A stretch of 63,976 nucleotides of DNA, the filler included, from Ministeria vibrans ATCC 50519 (Eukaryota > Protista > Filasterea), in the NCBI GenBank assembly GCA_943704425.1. It is 10 parts of 10 records of this genome, joined end to end, with 100 filler letters (N's around TTAATTAATTAA, not from the genome) between each part and the next. Parts side by side here need not be neighbours in the genome. Positions count along the whole stretch, not along the records: positions 60,803 to 62,823 come from CALSCP010000146.1; positions 62,924 to 63,976 come from CALSCP010000770.1; 8 more parts are not named here. One strand, 5' to 3'. The stretch's first letter is position 1. Every line of letters begins with the position of its first letter. The notes under the pieces are model-generated. The model had not been told where the DNA came from. It did no database searches and saw only the letters and a list, made by a program, of their open reading frames with translations. Shown one piece after another: positions 60,803-63,976 of the stretch. The position numbers and the translations under genes are program-made.

Positions 60803-62823
60803 GGCCAGCGAAAAGGGCCGCTTTGATGTGGTGCAGGTCCTTCTCGGTGACAAACGCGTGAACCCCGGCGCCGCTGACAATGCCGCCATTCGTTTTGCCA
60901 GTATGAATGGGCACTTTGGTGTGGTGCAACTCCTACTCGGCCACGTGGACCCTACTGCCAACGCCAATCTCGTATTCCGCGTAGCAGATGCGGCGAGGAA
61001 TGTCGATGTTGTGCGACTGTTGGAGACGGATCGTCGCGTTTTGTTTCGATCCGCTTGCGAGACGGCGGACGAGGCAACCATTATGAGTATACTGACGGCT
61101 GAAGAGACGCTGGATCCTTCGGGAGATAACAATTTTGCCTTACGCCAAGCAAGTGAGCGCGGTTTTGCGTCCGTGGTCGAGCTTCTGCTTCGGGATGTCC
61201 GAGTGGACCCTGCCGCCGATGACAATGTCGCCATCCGGAAGGCCAGTGAGTATGGTCACTCTGGTGTGGTGCGACACCTTCTTGGCCACGATGGAGTGAG
61301 CCCTGGTGCCGATGGCAATGCTGCTATCCGGAAGGCCAGTGAGAACGGCCACGCCGATGTCGTGCAGCTCCTTCTCAGTCACGATGGGGTGGATCCTGCC
61401 GATCGCAGCAACGCCGCCATTCGTCTGGCCAGTGAAAAGGGCCGCTTTGATGTGGTGCAGGTCCTTCTCGGTGACAAACGCGTGAACCCCGGCGCCGCTG
61501 ACAATGCCGCCATTCGTTTTGCCATTATGGATGGGCACTTTGGTGTGGTGCAACTCCTACTCGGCCACGATGGAGTGGACCCTACTGCCAACGCCAATCT
61601 CGTATTCCGCGTAGCAGATGCGGTGGGGAATGTCGATGTCGTGCGATTGTTGGAGACGGATCGTCGCGTTTTGTTTCGATCCGCTTGCGAGACGGCGGAC
61701 GAGGCAACCATTATGAGTATACTGACGGCTGAAGAGACGCTGGATCCTTCGGGAGATAACAATTTTGCCTTACGCCAAGCAAGTGAGCGCGGTTTTGCGT
61801 CCGTGGTCGAGCTTCTGCTTCGGGATGTCCGAGTGGACCCTGCCGCCGATGACAATGTCGCCATCCGGAAGGCCAGTGAGTATGGTCACTCTGGTGTGGT
61901 GCAACTCCTACTCGGCCACGATGGAGTGGACCCTACTGCCAACGCCAATCTCGTATTCCGCGTAGCAGATGCGGTGGGGAATGTCGATGTCGTGCGATTG
62001 TTGGAGACGGATCGTCGCGTTTTGTTTCGATCCGCTTGCGAGACGGCGGACGAGGCAACTATTATGAGTATACTGACGGCAGAGGAGCCGCTGGATCCTT
62101 CGGGAGATAACAATTTTGCCTTACGCAAGGCCAGCGAGCGTGGTTTTGCGTGCGTGGTCGAGCTTCTGCTTCGGGATGTCAGAGTGGATCCTGCTGCCGC
62201 CGACAACTTTGCCTTGCGCAAGGCCAGTGAGCATGGCCACACTGTGGTAGTCGAGTGCCTTCTTGCGCACGGGAGGGTTAATCCGGCTGCAAACAAAGAC
62301 GCATCTTTTTGTCTAGCGTGTACGAATGGCCACTCGGCTGTAGCACAACTCTTGTTGCAGGATCGGCGTGTCAACATCGCCGCCCATGGCAATGCGGCTT
62401 TGTTCAGCGCAATCAAGGGCGGACACGAGGGCGTAGTTCGTCTTTTACTGCAGGACGATCGTGCGCGTGCCATTATCGACCCGTCTGCGAACGACAATAA
62501 GGCTTTGCGCAAGGCGAGCGGACGAGGCTATGCGGGTATTGTTAAGCTACTCGTCGCGGACGGTCGTGTGACGAATTATACCAATGCCTTGTTCGCTGCC
62601 TGCAAGACCGGTTCTGTTGATGTAGTCAATGTGTTGCTCCACGATGGCCATGTCGATCCTGCTGCTGACGATCAGCGCGCTCTGTTTGTTGCATGTGAGA
62701 ACAACAATGCCCCCGTCGTCGATGCGCTTCTTCGCGATCCTCGCGTTGCAACTGATCCGTCGGCCGATCATCTTCATGCCGCTCTTTCTCGCGCCACGGA
62801 ACGCGGTTATGAGTCTGTTGTTC
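60803..62823 (+). CDS. Ankyrin-repeat protein (VDPxAxDNxAIRxASxxGH type), partial at both ends
   Basis: Continuous ORF of ankyrin repeats with near-identical multi-repeat blocks. Confidence 0.9.
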
Positions 62824-62923
62824 NNNNNNNNNNNNNNNNNNNNNNNNNNNNNNNNNNNNNNNNNNNNTTAATTAATTAANNNNNNNNNNNNNNNNNNNNN
62901 NNNNNNNNNNNNNNNNNNNNNNN

Positions 62924-63976
62924 CGGACTCGAGGCACACTCGTCCAACTCGCTGTCGCACACGGTGCCTGTGAAACCCGAGGCACACACACAGGAATAGC
63001 CGTTGACGGTGTCTACGCATGTGGCGCCATTGATGCACGGCGACGACTCACACTCGTCCTTGTTCGTCTCGCAATGCGTGCCAAAGAAGCCAAGCACACA
63101 TGAACAGGTGAAGCCGGCAATGCCGTCATTGCAGGTGGCGCCGTTCTTGCACGGGCTCGATGCACACTCGTCAATGTTGTTGTCGCAATGCACACCGTCG
63201 TAGCCCAGGACGCAGTCACATGTGTACGACGTCACACCGTCCAGGCAGGTGGCACCGTTCTCGCACGGATTCGACACACATTCATCAATGTTATTCTCGC
63301 AATGACCACCGTTGTATCCGGCTGCGCAGTCGCACGTGTACGATGTCACACCATCAAGGCAGGTGGCAGCGTTCTCGCAAGGGTTTGACGCACAGTCGTC
63401 AATGTTGTTCTCGCAATGAACACCATTGTAGCCCAAAATGCACTCACATGAGTACGACGTCACACTGTCAAGGCAGGTGGCGCCGTTCTCGCACGGGTTT
63501 GACGCACACTCATCAATGTTGTTCTCGCATTGCACGCCGTTGTAGCCGGCAACACAGTCGCACGTGTACGACGTTACACCATCAAGGCAGATGGCACCGT
63601 TCTCGCACGGGTTTGACGCACAGTCGTCAATGTTTTGGTCGCAATGACCACCGTCGTAGCCGGCAGCGCAGTTGCACGTGTACGACGTCACACCATCAAG
63701 GCATGTGGCACCGTTCTCGCACGGGTTTGATGCACAGTCGTCAATGTTGTTCTCACATTGGACACCGTTGTAGCCCAGGACGCAGTTGCAGTCGAAGCCA
63801 TTCACTCCGTCGACACAAGTGCCTTGGTTGCGGCAGGGGTTCGACGAGCACTCGTTGACGTTGACCAAGCATGTTGCTCCTGTGTAGCCAAGTTGACAGG
63901 TGCACTTGAACGAGTTGATACCATCTGCACATGTGCCTCCGTTGCTGCATGGGTTGGAAAGACACTCGTTGACGTT
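62924..63976 (-). CDS. Tandem calcium-binding EGF repeats (Notch/fibropellin-like), partial at both ends
   Basis: 38-aa (114-bp) units NIDDCASNPCENGATCLDGVTSYTCxCxxGYxGxxCE, about nine copies in one open frame. Confidence 0.92.

Noticed and set aside
60803-63976. Ankyrin plus EGF repeats as a Notch gene
   Set aside because: They are on different contigs separated by a linker and on opposite strands, and the ankyrin repeats are not Notch-type.

Overview
This is eukaryotic genomic DNA made of 10 unordered contigs joined by an artificial linker (about 44 N + TTAATTAATTAA + about 44 N), so gene order across linkers means nothing. The genome is compact, with short intergenic gaps, many head-to-head gene pairs and GT-AG introns full of microsatellites. 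The gene set (a true tyrosine kinase, a RIM-BP-like SH3 scaffold, nicastrin, a PCGF-like RING, a calcium-binding EGF array, an adhesion-type 7TM domain) suggests a unicellular holozoan or a close relative; this is inference. Housekeeping genes include TRAPPC11, VPS72, nicastrin, AASS, signal peptide peptidase, an Rh ammonium transporter, AACS, LRRC20, ERG2/sigma-1, TAF5, sulfite oxidase and PLC. The standout observation is a tandem pair of circularly permuted tRNA-Val(AAC) genes (40151-40250 and 40561-40651): the 3' half lies upstream of the 5' half, split exactly at 37/38, with a shared AT-rich upstream element and a Pol III terminator. To my knowledge this gene type is known only from some algae and an archaeon. 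Other notable items are a spliced fusion of an adhesion-GPCR 7TM domain to a tyrosine kinase (disrupted by a LINE and bracketed by two inverted copies of an unclassified element), a TAA1/alliinase-family gene fragment inside an intron, a PB1-TIR protein, and an ERG2 lacking the N-terminal membrane anchor.
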